Shown here piece by piece: positions 62,641 to 64,000 of a DNA stretch of 64,000 bases. The first letter of the stretch is position 1. Every line of letters starts with the position of its first letter. Position numbers and translations under genes: made by a program. Below the pieces are notes generated by a model. That model saw nothing but the letters and a program-made list of their open reading frames with translations, was not told the DNA's origin and did no database searches. The stretch lies in contig NW_021836151.1 in the NCBI RefSeq assembly GCF_006345805.1, positions 62,001 to 126,000 on the forward strand. The letters run 5' to 3'. The DNA comes from Octopus sinensis (lineage: Eukaryota).

Positions 62641-63657
62641 AGTTAGCAAGATTCCTAAATTTCAGAGCTGCAGTCTATATAAAACAATGGAAGTGACATT
62701 CTACTAGGAAGGAAGTAAATAAAACTTTAAAAAAAAGCCAATTTTAACTAAAACGAAAACAATTAATAAAAGTTTGCGACTTTTTCTTGTTCGGATTTTG
62801 GATAAAAAGAACGTTTAAAACAGTCACGTCCATACACAAATTCTGTGCAGCGAATATGCTGAGGGTAGATCCCTTCAAGCAGAATAGTACTTGGGGAGGC
62901 TCTTCTGATAAGACGACCACAAAGGCAGCATCTTTCAGGGCCTTCATCACTGAATGTAGCTGCTGTAACTCTTTTCTTGAGAAGGCCTTTGGTCTTCAAT
63001 AACTCTTTTAAGGATGGTGACAACATATGTTGAATTTCGGGACTTTCAAAGGTAAATTTGCATCGCGGGGACGCCAACTTTTTATGAATTTTCATAAGTT
63101 CTTCATACGTATAATCTAGCAGTGTTATTACTAAAAATTAACTGTGCTTGGCACCTCCAAAAAACCCCTCTCCAGAAACTTTCTTCATGTCTTCAAGCTT
63201 AACATCTATCAGTGTAATTAATAAAAATCTACAGTCAAAATTTAAGAACATTTAACAAGAATATCACCACAATGACGGAAATAAAATTTATTTTATTTCA
63301 ATTAAAAAATAATAAATTTAAAAATAATTTTAACAAATTAAAATATATTCACTTAATGGTTTATTTAATCTTTGTATACTTTGAAAATCGCAAAAAAAGT
63401 TATATTAAAAACCGATGTTTTGACCAATTCATTGCCTTTTTGATAAAAAATATTTACAATTACAAAATAAATCAAAATATGTTCAAAACAAGAAAATGTT
63501 TTGTTTCTTGAACGAGAATTATTTTCAATTTTTCTTTGATCTTGTTTCTCATAACCATACTGAAATTTGAGACGCTGCCATCTTTGAAGTTAGCCATAAC
63601 CTTACGCCGTGATTAAAGTGATATTTATAAATGTTTCCGCGTGTTTAATGGATAAAA

Positions 63658-64000
63658 ATGTTTCAACTGGTCGTTTAGAATTTTATAATTTTGTTTTAGA
63701 ATCCTACAAGTTTTACAACCGTGGTTGCAATTCCTTATTTGGGAGGTGTTGTTCTGGCATCAGATACAAGAGTGACTTGTTCTTTAAATAATCCCGACGA
63801 AAGCTGTAATGAAATTTTGTATTAAAATATTAGATACTGATGATAACTATAAAATTTCCCAGATTGCCAATAACGCGATCATTGGTTTTACTGGGAACAT
63901 GGATGTTTTTGAAATCTTAAAGGGAGAATGTTCTCGTAGTATTCCGTATTTTTTGAATTAATTTGTTTTCTAGAAAGTCTTGGAATATGTATCCAATGTT
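63658..64000 (+). CDS. 20S proteasome beta-type subunit, 5' part, divergent
   Basis: MFQL, an intron, then NPTSF-TTVVAIPYLGGVVLASDTRVT...YKISQIA....GFTG. Confidence 0.72.

Noticed and set aside
62750-63100. MULE or KDZ transposase fragment
   Set aside because: Only a weak LCMDVT resemblance, with no TIRs or further catalytic motifs.
1-64000. CRISPR arrays, rRNA genes, prokaryotic operons or defence systems
   Set aside because: No regularly spaced repeats or rRNA signatures were seen, and gene structure is spliceosomal throughout.

Overview
AT-rich eukaryotic (animal) nuclear DNA. There are no prokaryotic operons, rRNA genes, intact tRNA genes or CRISPR arrays. Nearly every gene is split by 22-30 nt GT-AG introns, which is why the ORF track is fragmented. 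Together with metazoan genes (ECSIT, EVI1/PRDM16-type zinc finger, C12orf4/FERRY3, WDR81), this points to a miniaturised parasite, most likely a dicyemid mesozoan (inference). Positions 1-16722 recur at 22138-37012 as a near-identical direct duplication. The unit contains ECSIT, an EVI1-like ZF gene, FERRY3, a RING gene, an RRM1 pseudogene, a DENN-like gene and FAU/eS30, and each copy has its own TE insertions and indels. Copy A ends exactly at a FAU exon/intron boundary and is fused to a foreign intron and exon. The spacer holds a Tc1 remnant and a WDR81 fragment interrupted by a SPIN-like hAT. Beyond 37 kb lie a nested TE cluster (Buster hAT, HINE, Merlin, CRE), then CKS-like, CDC25-like, GTF2E2, PIP5K, annexin, POLRMT and a proteasome beta gene. 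Five CRE-clade RLE retrotransposon copies and a tRNA-derived SINE family are dispersed through the window. Gene names come from recognising protein motifs by eye, with no database search. Many 1-nt indels in homopolymer runs suggest residual long-read error, so frameshift-based pseudogene calls are provisional.
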